This document shows positions 51,398 to 62,480 of a stretch of 64,000 bases of DNA, piece after piece. The translations under genes were made by a program, and so were the position numbers. The DNA comes from Fonticula alba ATCC 38817 (lineage: Eukaryota; Protista; Nucleariida). Every line of letters starts with the position of its first letter. The stretch's first letter is position 1. Location: NCBI GenBank assembly GCA_000388065.2, contig KB932202.1, one strand, 5' to 3'. Under the pieces are notes generated by a model, which saw nothing but the letters and a program-made list of their open reading frames with translations, searched no databases and had not been told where the DNA came from.

Positions 51398-53332
51398 ATG
51401 TCCTCCCGATCGATCTCGGCCTCCTCGGTCATCATCGAGGATTCCGCCATCCTGAGCCCGCAGCCGCATTCGCAGCAGCCAGATCATGAGCCGAGCCAGT
51501 TCTCCGGTGACACCGGCAGCTCCCTGGTCCCCGGGTCGAGCCAGGGCGCCAAGAAGCGCTCGACCCAGGCCTCGCGCGACTCGGTGATCTGCCTCAACTC
51601 GGCCACCGGCGCCAGCGGGACTCGCATTCGTTTGGAGGACATCAGCTCCACTCGGACCACGGTCACCATGGTGAACACCGACGATGCGTACCAGCTCGAG
51701 CCGCTGGGCGTCCAGTACGTCCATCACCATCGCCATCGCGCGTCATTGTCTCTCCGCCGGGCGGCCCCCACGCCGATGGCGCTGGCATTTGCCCATGCCT
51801 GACCTCCCCTCCTGCTCCCTCTCGTGCGGCTCTCTGCCAGCAGGAAGACCCAGAAGAAGTCCTCGACCGGCAGTGGCGACAGCCTCCGCCAAGAGCAGCA
51901 GCCTCTCATCGACTTCGAGAAGAGCTACGTGGATGTCGAATCATCCAGCTTCCTGAAGCTCAAGCGCTCGACGCGGGATTTCTACTCCAACCAAAACGAC
52001 GAGATTGATAGTGCGTGTCTGCCGTACTCTCCGCCCCCGCCCCCGCCCCCGCCCCCGCCCCCCTTCCCCTCTGCCTCTTCTCCGAATGCTTGGCCAATGA
52101 TTGACCCCTTTTCCATGGGGCCAAAGGCTTCCGCCGCTTGCAGGACCTCAACCTGGACGATGATCCGCTGGCCGCGCAGAATGCCCACTCGGAGGCCGAG
52201 GCGCGCAAGGCCCGCATCGAGCGCCTTGTCACCACCGTTGTCCTGGTTACCAATGTCCTTCTGCTGGCCATCCTCCTGACGGCGGTCATCATCTCCGGCG
52301 CCCTGTCGCTGGTGGCCTCGGTGATGGACGCCGCGCTGGATCTCCTCAGTGGCGCGGTCATCATGCTGACCGCGCGCGCCAAGCAGAAGGTCAACTTCTA
52401 CCGGTATCCCCAGGGCCGCGAGCGCATCGAGCCGGTGGGGATTCTCGTCTTCTCGGCCATCATGGGCACCTGCTCGCTGATGCTCATCGTCACGGCCGTT
52501 CAGCTGATGGCCGGCGAGGAGCTGGCCCCTCCGGGGCTGGACTGGCTGTCGATCGGCCTGGTGCTCGGCGACATCGCCGTCAAGGCCGGCCTCTACCTCT
52601 TCTGCATGTACTATCGCAAGGAGACCTCCCTGGCCGTGGTCCTGGCCCAGGACCAGCGCAACGATGTCCTGGTCAACTCCGTGGCCCTGGGCTCGGCCGC
52701 TCTCGGCACCTATGTCTGGCCCTACCTCGATCCGATTGGCTCGATCCTCATTGCCCTCTACACGGTCTACAACTGGGGCTCCACCTGCCTCGAGCAGATC
52801 ACCATGCTGACGGGCCGCAGTGCTGAGCCTGAGTTCCTCAAGCAGCTGACCTGGATTTGCGTCAACCATGATGACAAGATCGTGGCCATCGACACGGTTC
52901 GGGTGCGTAAGGAAGGCGAGCCCCCGGGGGGGGGGGGGGGGCGATGCTCATGGGCGTGGGCATGGGCGTCGGGATTTGATGTGCATCCTCTTATTAGGTG
53001 GTGTTCTGTGGCGGCCTGGCCATGCTTGGTTCCCCATTCGCGATGTCATTCTAATGCCTTCTGCGCGCCTCCTCCTCGCTTCCTTCCTGTGCTTCTTGCC
53101 CGGCCATCCTCCGCGCCAAATGGCGCAGGCCTTCCACTTCGGTACCCGGTATCTGGTCGAGATTGATGTGGTCCTCCCGCCGGCCATGCCGCTGGAGGAG
53201 GCCCACAACATCGGCGAGGCCCTCCAGCGCAAGGTCGAGCGTCTGGAGGAGGTCGAGCGCGCTTTCGTTCACCTGGACTACGAGTTTGATCACCATCCCC
53301 AGAGTGAGCACAAGACCTGGGGCGCCAACTAA
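51398..53332 (+). CDS. Cation diffusion facilitator, Mn-CDF (MTP8/MTP11-like); exons 51398-51714, 51841-52010, 52127-52902, 53129-53332
   Basis: Motifs [16 protein letters not shown] (DxxxD, TM2), [26 protein letters not shown] (DxxxD, TM5), [18 protein letters not shown] and [32 protein letters not shown]. Confidence 0.93.
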
Positions 53333-53619
53333 TCGCCCAGGCTCTCCTTCGGTTGGCTCTGCCATATCTCCCCCCTTCCTCCCCCCCCCCTCCCCCACCT
53401 GGTTCGCCATTTTCTTGTAACATATATTTCTTCCCCGGATGTCATCTGCCAAGGTCCGTTTCGTGCGCCAGGGAGATCGGGCAATTTTCTTTTATATGAA
53501 GTTCTTGTGCAAGGAGCAGGCCCGCTCCCCCTGGATGCGGCAGAGGCGCCCTTGTATACAGGTGAGCGAGCACCCCTTCGCGGAGGGGGAGGGGAGGATG
53601 GAGGGGGGACCAGTAGAGC

Positions 53620-54652
53620 CTACGAGGTGAGTGCCTTGGCCAGCGGAAGCACCGGCGACCCCTCGATGCTGGACTTGGAAATGTCCAACGGGTTACCGGA
53701 TGAGGGGGCCATCAGACCGGAAGGCTTGGTGGAGATGGTGTTGTCGGCCTCCTTCTTCATGTTCAGACGAGCCTGCGTGTAGACCAGGCCCGAGATGAAG
53801 CCTGTGCACATGAGGCACGGTTAGTGACCTGGACCGGGGAAGGGGGGCACATGAGCCAGGAGCGGTGGTCTGGGGCGCACCAAGGATGATGGACAGTACG
53901 GTGCCAACGGTGACGGCATCACGNNNNNNNNNNGGAGCGGTGGTCTGGGGCGCACCAAGGATGATGGACAGTACGGTGCCAACGGTGACGGCATCACGAT
54001 CGAAGATCAGGGGGGGGGGAGGGGGGGGCGGGAGCTTGTTCAGAGCGCCAGCCATGCTGTCGGGGGGGGGGGGGGGGGCGTGTGAGGCGAGGCGATCCGG
54101 CTTTGAGGCAGGCAGGAGCAGCAAGATGAAGACCCCATGCAGGGAAAAGGGCAGCCGATTGTACCTGTGCGTTGTCGAGGAGGTACAGCGGATGCACCAG
54201 ATCGAGCAGTAGCCAATGAAAAAGGACATGGCACCACTGGTGATGATCCAGAAGAGGCCAAGGCCCCAGTCCGGGCGCTTGCTGTGGGTAGCGTGAAAGC
54301 AGCAGCAGCAGCAACAGGAGTGTGTGTGTGCGTGGAAAGAGGAGCGTGAGAATGGGGGAGGGCTGGCATCTTGGCATGTGGGGACGGTAGGTAGGGCGAG
54401 GCGCGTACAAGAACTCCACGACGGCCGGGAACTCAAGCAGCAGACCACCGGTGGCCATCACCGGCCAGGAGAGCATGTTGTTGTAGAACACCGAGTCCAG
54501 GTCCGCAAAGCGAACCCGGGTGATGATCGACCGCAGGGAGAGCGTGTACACGGCCGACGCCAGCCCATTGGAAATCATCCACGAGTAGCCGACCAGATCG
54601 AAGGTCAGGTCGGTACCGGCAGCGGCGATCGCAGAAAACACCTAGGTATGGG

Positions 54653-54693
<41 letters not shown>

Positions 54694-55567
54694 GCTTGAT
54701 GCTAATAATGCTGATGATCGGCCCCTGCCTGGGAGGGCTCTTGAGATCTGGTCCCTGGGGCGGGCCGGGCGCCGGGGAAGCACGGCCGTTGGAGCTGGCG
54801 GACCCGGGGAAGCGCCCGGATAACGGCGGCTCGGGGGGGGTCAGTGGGTGCGAGTGGCCATCGGAGACATGAGGGAGGCGCACCATCAGAGCAAAGCTAA
54901 CCAACATCATCGGGGTGACCTTCGAGCGGAAAATGACCTTCTCGCCGTAGGCCACGAAGATGATGGCCTGGATTGGATGAAAAGTGGAGCCCGGAGGGCG
55001 GTAGAGAGAGAGAGAGAGAGATGGAAAGGTCAGCGGGGAAGTGGACAATCAAGGAACGGGGGAGACAGAGGGAGAGATGGGGAAGGAGGGGAGAGGGCAG
55101 CGGATGACTCTTCGTACCAGGTTCTTGAAGATGGTGAAGACATGGATGCTCAGATGCTGGAGGCTGGGGCAGGGGGAAGGTGTGACGAGTTAGCGGAGAG
55201 GCGGAGGGAGCGAGAGGGAGGGAGCCATGTGCACATGTGAATGCATGGGGCGGATCTGGGAGTGGCGATTGCACACCTCTTGGTGCCTGTGTAAAGCATA
55301 ATCACCACAAGCAAGACCAGGGGCATCCCTAGGGGGCGGAGGATGGGGAGCAGGGGGTGGGGGGAGATATGGAGACGAGAGTCAGACACTTTTGAGGGCA
55401 GCCTGGCGGGGCAGTGGTGGGAATCAAGTACGCACAGAGTTTGACATGAGTCATGGTCAGGCTGCGGAAGTTGACAATGCCGAAGAACTTGGCCAGTAGG
55501 AGGAGCACCGTGCAGGTGAAGTTCTACAGACCGAGACGGGGGAGACGGGGTGAGCAGGCGATACGGA

Positions 55568-55632
<65 letters not shown>

Positions 55633-55835
55633 GCGAGAAGAGGGCGCCAAGAGGGCCGATGGCGGACCTGCGTCGCCAGGAGCGTGAGGTGGAAGCCGTG
55701 AACATAGCGCGCGACGACCAACTTGTTCAACAGGGTCATCAGGATGGAAATGATGAAGTAGCTGGCCAGGGCGACCGCAGGCTCGATCTTCCCCCAGGCC
55801 GAGGCCGAGGCTGGGGATGACAGGTTCTTGGCCAT
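53620..55835 (-). CDS. VRG4: Golgi GDP-mannose transporter (VRG4/GONST1, SLC35D family), multi-exon
   Basis: Motifs SILMTLLNKLVV, LSIHVFTIFKN, VAYGEKVIF, GYSWMISN, DSVFYNNMLS, FIGYCSIWCIRCTSSTT and the GDP-sugar signature GALNKLP. The 3' exons are affected by assembly artefacts. Confidence 0.9.
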
Positions 55836-56263
55836 GATAGGGGGGGGGGAGGGCGGAGGGCGGAGGGCGGAGGAGAGGGCGGCGGAGACTGAGGGGCGGC
55901 GACGGGACGGGAAGAGGGTTGGGGGAGGGGACGGGAGCCAGGCACAGCAGATTGGGAGGCAACCCGACCAGTGACTGTGTCGGGCGGCTGAAAAGATGCG
56001 CCGACCACTGTAGATCCCAACGGAGTGTGTCTTGGCCAGGCCATCGAGGGGGCCGCGGAAAAACAGCGAATTTTGTGTTCATCACGCGCCCGGGGTCATG
56101 AGGCAGGAATGCGGTGGCCGTGGGGGGGGGGGGGTATTTGTATTTATTCTCAAGGACAGGAAAAGAGGGGAAAGGACCCCGCGATGTTTGTGCGTGCGAG
56201 GAGGGCCGGGGAGACAGGANNNNNNNNNNNNNNNNNNNGGGGCTACTACCGAGCTTTGGCTTT

Positions 56264-58550
56264 TCACTTGCGGGCGTTCGCCCGGGAAGCGCGGCCGGTG
56301 CCCGCGGCGGATCGCGTTTGGCGCGAGCGAAGCATCGGGCTGAGAGAGGTGAGCGGCTCGGTGGAGGGGGCGCGAGAGAGGCGCGACGAGCGTCGGGTTT
56401 TCGGCTGCGCCGGGAGGGGGGCCCCGCTGGCCGGAGCCCCAACCGGCGATAAGCCCGGCGTGCTGCCCCCGGCATCGGCCTCATCCGTGGAGGGGCAATA
56501 GTCGGAGAAGTCCGTGTCGGAGGGCTCACTTAGAGGTGGAGGGGTGGTGTCAGCACGGCGCTTGCGCCCGGCCGACAGCCTTCCGGGAACCGCCGGCACT
56601 GGCGCCTGCGACGAGAAGGACGCCTGACTGGAAGCGGCTGAGGAGATGCTGCTCGTCGAGGAAAAGGACCCGGAAGAGAAGGACCCGGCAGCCGAGCCGG
56701 CGTTCTGGCGCGAGGGGATGGAGACAACCTCGCTGGGAGTGGGGGAGGACCGAGGCCCATGGAGGGTGAGCTTGACTGACTTTTTGCCAGGGGAAGTGAA
56801 GTTGAGAAAAGCGAGGAAGGGCTGGGGGGGGGGGGGGATAGGAGGTGCCAGGCAGGTCTTTGCCAGGCGAGAGGGACAAACGCACACATCCCAGTCAAAT
56901 TGCTGGTTGACAACAGCATCCAGGAGGAAGCCCACGCCGTGCACCGGCAAGTGAACAGGCAAGCTGCGGAGGAGGACGGCCTCTCCGCGGGCTGGCGTGA
57001 GGGACTTCTCCGGGGCGGCGGCGGCGGCGGCGGCGGCAGTCAGGGGAGCCGGTGGCCGGGTGCGCTTTTGACGAGACCCCAGCCCTGTCCCAGCGGGAGC
57101 GCCAGCGGTGGATGTGCTTGCCGATGCCGGCAATCCGGCACGTGGTTTGGTCGTCGCCGCAAGCACGATGTCCTCCGTGTGAAAGAGCTTACCTTCGATG
57201 TTGTCGCGCGAAAGGGGCATATACTGGCGACGCAGATCGGGAGAGGGTGAGGGGGGGGGGCACAAGGAGGAGACGGACGGGGAGGAGGGAGGTAAGCATG
57301 GGCAGGACACCGCAAGGAAACCCGGCGCTGGCTGGGGGCGTGCCAACATACCAGACCTCCGGCCGAGCACACGATTGCGCGAAGTTCCACCGGCGGGGGG
57401 ACCTCCACGCAATCGGTCACGAAAACCGTGCGGCCATTGAGCAGCGGGGTCCGAAGGGCGCGGGATCGGGCCTCCTGAAGCCGCTCATCCCGGATGCGGT
57501 AGTCTTGGGGATCTTTCCCGCAGGGTGACGCAGATGCTCACACATGTCAGACCAGGGGGGGCAGAAAGCCGGCGAAGGGTGGGCAAAAGGGAGGAGGGAG
57601 GCGGGGGGCACACCACGCACGAGGGAAGTAGCCGAGCGCTCCGGCCGCGACGAGCCAGGACTCGTCCACGATTTCAGCACCCCGGGCGACGGCACAGAGC
57701 CACTTGGTCGTCCGGCGCACGGGCGCCGGAGCCACCAGGTGCGTGGGGAAGTATGTGTCCGCCGGGCTGGCCAGCATGGTGCCGGAGAGGGACATATTGA
57801 GCTTGCTGAGATCTTGCTGCTGCTCCGGGAACGGGTCCAGCACGGTGGCTCGCAGTCGGCGGGCAATCTGGCGATGGGAGGGGATGTGTGGGCGGGTGAG
57901 TGTGATGGGGGTCACCGGTCAAATGGGTGGTAGAGTGCCACTGGGAGAGAGAGAGAGAGAGAGAGAGAGATGGGAAGCGGGGCAGCGAACGAAGAGACAG
58001 CCCGAGGGAGAGACGAACCGCGGATAGATCCCGCACACGGGATGAGCTCAGCCCAGAGAAAGCGATGCGTGGGTGTGGCTCCGGATCGAAGTAGCAGATA
58101 CCCTGGGGAATGGCGGCGGCCGTCGGTGGCGTTGGCGGTGCCTCGAGCTTCGGCTCGACCTGCATCACGGGGCCCGGGGCCCGGGGACTTTCCTCGAGCA
58201 GGCAAAGGGCCGAGTCCAAAAACAGGTGCCGGTGGGGCGAGAGCAGTGTCGCCGGTAGCTCCACCCGCCTGGGGGGGGTGGACGGCACAGGGTCGTGCAC
58301 CCCAGCCCCGACAGGTGCCGGCGCCAGGGAGGCTCCAGCTGCTGCCGGTCCGCCCGATGGCACCGGTGCTGCTGCTACTGCTGGCCGATGGTCCACGCGA
58401 GAAACGGCAAACGCCGAGCCTGCCTGATGGAGGGTGATGGCCACCAGCTCGCCGGCGGGCGATGCGGGTGGCGAGACTGGGCCCTCAAGGCAATCATCCC
58501 CCCGGGTGGCGTCCGGAGCCACGGCGACAGGAGTGTCGGTGGTGGTGGCA

Positions 58551-58589
<39 letters not shown>

Positions 58590-61500
58590 GCCGCAGCGGC
58601 AGCGATCGAGCGCGCCATGCCCGGTGACCCAAAGGTCGGCGAGGAGGCCGCCTTGGTGGAGCGCGCCGAGGCCACGGGTGTGGCCGGAGCACCGGGAGCC
58701 AGGTGTCGCGCGGCCGCCGGGCCAGCAGGCGAGGGGCTCCCAGGCAGAGCAGCGGCCTCCAGGGCCCGAGCCACCGCCTCGTGACAGAAGGCCAGCGGGG
58801 GCGTGGGACTCAGTGCCGAGGCCGGGCCCAGGCTTGCGGCCGGCGTATTCGGCATGGGACCCTCTGCAGGCAAGCAACAAAGACATGATTAGCCGGCGAC
58901 AAAGACGCACACCGTGCCAAAGAGGCTGAGGCATGCCGGAGCAGGAGAGGCGAGCAGGGACAAGACAAAGAGGGAAAGAGGGAGAAACGGAAAGGCAAAA
59001 GGAAATCCACGGACCAGGAAGCCGAACGGGGGCTGCCTTTGCCGCGGTGGCAGCCACTGCTGCTGCGGCCGGCTCGGCTGCCTGAGGGTACCCCTGCGCA
59101 ACCAGCTGGAAGTGCTCCTCCAGAGATCGCATCGGGAAGGCCATTTCGGCCTCCTGCGAGCAGGGATCCTTCACCAGCAGGAGCGATTCGTCGGTGGGCG
59201 AGTGATTGGCTGGCGGGGGGGATGCAAGCAGCCGGTGATGCTGTGTGCCGGAGGCCGCCGGCAAGATCGGAGTCAAGTCCTGCGAGGTCGGCCCGGCTGC
59301 TGGGGCAGCCACGGCCCCCGGTCCGGGGCGGATGCCTGGGGCATCGTCCACCCGAGCGCGCGGTGACGGCGAGTGCGGGCTGTGGCAGAGACCAAGGCGC
59401 CGGAGGGCGGCCGATGCAACGGTCGCCGAGGAGGGTGCGGGCGATTGGCTTGACCTCCCGGCCATGACACTTGGAGACCCCTCAGCGGGAGCGGTCAGCC
59501 GAGCGCCGGCAGGGGCCAGGGTGAAGAGAGGCGGCGAGAGCTCCACATCGACCAATGGCGTGTCCCGATCGCCGGCCTGAGTGGGGGTGGCAGGATGCGC
59601 CGGGGTCCTCGACTGCGGGGCCTGCCCGAGGAGGGGCGTCTGGCCGCTGGTCGGGGTGCCGGGCGCCAGTGGCCTGCCCCGAGGGGGTCCGGTCACCGGC
59701 TGGGTCAGATCAATCATGCTGTCCGGATCCGCGGCCGGGGCCGAGCCCGAAGGGTCAATGAGAGGTGTCGCCGCGTATGGGTCGTCCGCATGGCCGGTGG
59801 CCCGGTAGCCAGGCACCGGCGTGCGAGCCAAAACCGGCTGCGTGGCTGCTGGCGACTGGTCGGCAAAGGCGCCCCCCTGCGGAGCATGGGATGGCTGATG
59901 GTCCCCATACATGGGGACACGGAGGAGCACTGGCTGCGTGTCGGCCGGCGAGTCGTCGGCCAGGGGGACATGCGCATGGGGGCGCCGGCCGGCCTGCCCG
60001 AGGACTGGCGTTCGGAGGAGCACCGGCTGTGTGTCGGCCGGCGAGTGATCGCCCGGACCGCCATGATGCCCGGCGACAGGCCGGCTCCCACCGGTCAGCG
60101 GCGTCCGGGGCGGAACGGGCTGCGTGTCGGCTGGCGAATGGTCGACATGGGCCGCAGGGCCGAGACCCGGCCTGCCGGATCCAAGGAGCGGCGTCCGAGA
60201 CATGACCGGCTGCGTGGCGCCCAGCGACTGGTCCGCGCCCGGATGTCCGGGCTCCGGCGCCAGCATCAGGCCCACGGGCTGCGTCGACCCCGGGCTACCA
60301 TCGGCTGGGGGGCCACCACTAAGCAGGGAATGTCGGTTGCCGAGGCTCACCGTGGCCGGGGTCGTAGTGAGGGTCGGATCGGCCGCCGGCTGCATGCGCA
60401 CAGGCGTCAGGCAAAGGGGCGACGCAGGCAGGGTGTCATTGTCCAGGGAAGCCGGCTCGCCGGCCGTGGCAGCAGTGGCCCCGGAATCCGCATCCTCAAA
60501 GAGCCCGGTGAGATCCAGCGGCGCCTGCGAGTCAAAGAAGAGGCTGTGCACTGGCGGCAGGGTGTCCGGCTGGTCGCTGGCGGATCCGGAATCCGCGGTG
60601 AACCTGACATCGCGTGTGCACATTCCCACGGGGGCATCAGTGTCAGTATAGGGGGGGGGAGGGGAAGCGAATGGCAGACGCAAGCTCAACTGCAAGAAGG
60701 AGAGAACCGGAAAGAAAGGGAGGGGGTGGCGGGGCAGGTGGAGGGCGAGAAGCACGCACTCGGCCGTGGCCGGAGGCGGGTCATCGGCATCAGGCCCCCG
60801 AGTGGCGTCCATGGGAATGGCCTCCTGGGCCCCGGTGCCTGGGAGCAAGTCGGTCCAATCCTCCGGGAGAGAGGCGTCAATGAACAACGGATCCACCGGC
60901 GGCTGGGTGGCAAGCGAGTCGAAGGGATCGGCGGTCGAAGGGCCGGCGGCTGGGGTCGGGGGTGAGGCCGTGGAGGGGGCCACCTCTGCGGCCTCCGCCG
61001 CCGCCGTCGTCATCGTGGCCGCCGTCGCCGGTATGGGGGGGGGTGCCGGCAAGGCGAAGATCGCCGAATCGGCCGTGGCAAAGATGGCCGGCGCCGATGG
61101 CGTCAAGGAGGATGTCAGCGAACCGGGCAGGCTGCCCTGGTCCGGCAGGGCGGACACGTCGGCCCCAGAGAGCGTGGGCGCCGGCGCCAGCGAGCCGGTC
61201 GCCGATTGGGCCAGATCGGCCAGGCGCGCCGGAGTGAGGACAATCTCGACCGTACGACCCGCGACCTCCAGCATTACCCCGCACCGGAGCTCATACCACC
61301 GGCCCGGATGCAGGAGGGCCCCATCCCGCAGGAGGGACCCCGCGCCGTGGCCGATCTGCACAAACCATGAAGGCTGGAGAAAGTCGATCTCCACCCCGGG
61401 CAGCAGATCCAGCTGGGAAAAGGAGGCAGCCGCCGGAGGCCGATCGGCAGATCCCGCAGGGAAGGCCAAGAATTGCACGGCCCCAGGAGTGCCCGCCGGC

Positions 61501-61859
61501 TCCGGCATGGAGGACGGGGAGAGCGATGACAGGGACAGGGGCCGCGGAGGGGTGGGGCCGGCGGGCGCGCGGGTCATCACCCGCAAGGCAAGGCATGGCT
61601 CGGACACCGGTGGCGGCGGGGCGCGTGCCGGCGCGCTCGCCGGGTCCCCATGGGCCGGACGCCCCGGGGCAGACCGGAGGGCTGGACCAAAGTCCCCCCC
61701 GCCAAAGAGAGGGGCCGAGTGTGGCGAGTAGCTGGAGTCGCCACCGGTGTCCAGCTCCAACGGCGGGGTGGAGGGCTCACCATCGGCCGCCGAGTGGAAC
61801 CCAGCCCCGCCATCGTCGAGGTGCCCTCGCCCGGCCACCGGGAGGTGGGGCGCCAGCAT
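56264..61859 (-). CDS. MDC1-like DNA-damage mediator: degenerate FHA-like N-terminus, TQ-repeat region, tandem BRCT, basic tail
   Basis: FHA-like LLRDGALLHPGRWYELRCGVMLEVAG. BRCT1: PRIAFSGL..IARRLRATVL..THLVAPAPVRRTTKWLCAVARGAEIVDESWL. BRCT2: LLNGRTVFVTDCVEVPPPVELRAIVCSAGG..VHGVGFLLDAVVNQQFDW. The start codon and some exon limits are approximate. Confidence 0.72.
59695..60290 (-). repeat. Coding peptide repeat D-x-S-P-A-[DA]-T-Q-P-V-x-x-R-T-P (7 TQPV copies)
   Basis: Copies: GSTQPV, GATQPVMSRTP, ADTQPVPPRTP, ADTQPVLLRTP, ADTQPVLLRVP, AATQPVLARTP, DLTQPV. Confidence 0.85.
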
Positions 61860-62051
61860 GCCACGGGGAGGTGCTCGGCGTCAGCCTCGGGCGAAACAGG
61901 ACCTTGGGGAGGAAGAGGGAGCAGAGGAGAAGCGAGGGAGAGAGGAGGGGTGGGAGGGGGGGGGGGGGGGGGGGGCGAGGGGAAAGGGGGGGGCACGGCG
62001 GGGGTCGGCCGGGCCCCGAGCCGGCCCCCAAACCAACAAGGAACAATTTAA

Positions 62052-62064
62052 GCGGGAATTTAAA
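62052..62064 (+). promoter_or_regulatory. E2F-like site (GCGGGAA) abutting a CHR-like hexamer (TTTAAA) in the divergent promoter
   Basis: Sequence aaGCGGGAATTTAAA between head-to-head DNA-repair and DNA-replication genes. Function is inferred. Confidence 0.35.
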
Positions 62065-62480
62065 CTAAAACAGGAAAAGGGGAAAAGGAGCAGGGAGAGA
62101 GGACACCCCACCAGAAACCGGAAACCCGTAGACCCCTGTTCCCTCTCTCCAGGACGAAATTCCCCCCGTGAAACTTCCCCCCCCCCCCCCCGGCCCCCCC
62201 CCCCCCCCCCGGGGTGGGGCAGAGGTGACAAGATTCCAGCCTGGACCGATCAGCCGGACAGCAACTGCCCACGAATGCGGCTAACGGTTTCCATTTTTAA
62301 AAAGCCCCCATGGTGCCGATCTCCGCCCAGCAGGGCATGCCATGCCTGTCCCTCCCCCCCCCCCCCCCCACCCCCCCCCCCCCCGCTCTCACCCCCCCCC
62401 CCCCCCACCCACCCACCCCCCCCCCCCCCTCCCTCCCCCCCCCCCTCTCTCCTCCCCCCGCGAATACGCATACTTCCGTG

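Noticed and set aside
53859-53998. 65-nt direct repeat flanking the 10-N gap (53859-53923 and 53934-53998), suggesting exon duplication in the GDP-mannose transporter
   Set aside because: An exact duplicate on both sides of a 10-N placeholder is the signature of unmerged overlapping contig ends.
54011-54028. Apparent poly-proline insert right after the GALNKLP motif
   Set aside because: The G-run has about the length of the expected conserved residues (xALSG before LIF). It most likely replaces real sequence by base-calling or gap-fill error, which also warns that other long G/C runs may be artefacts.
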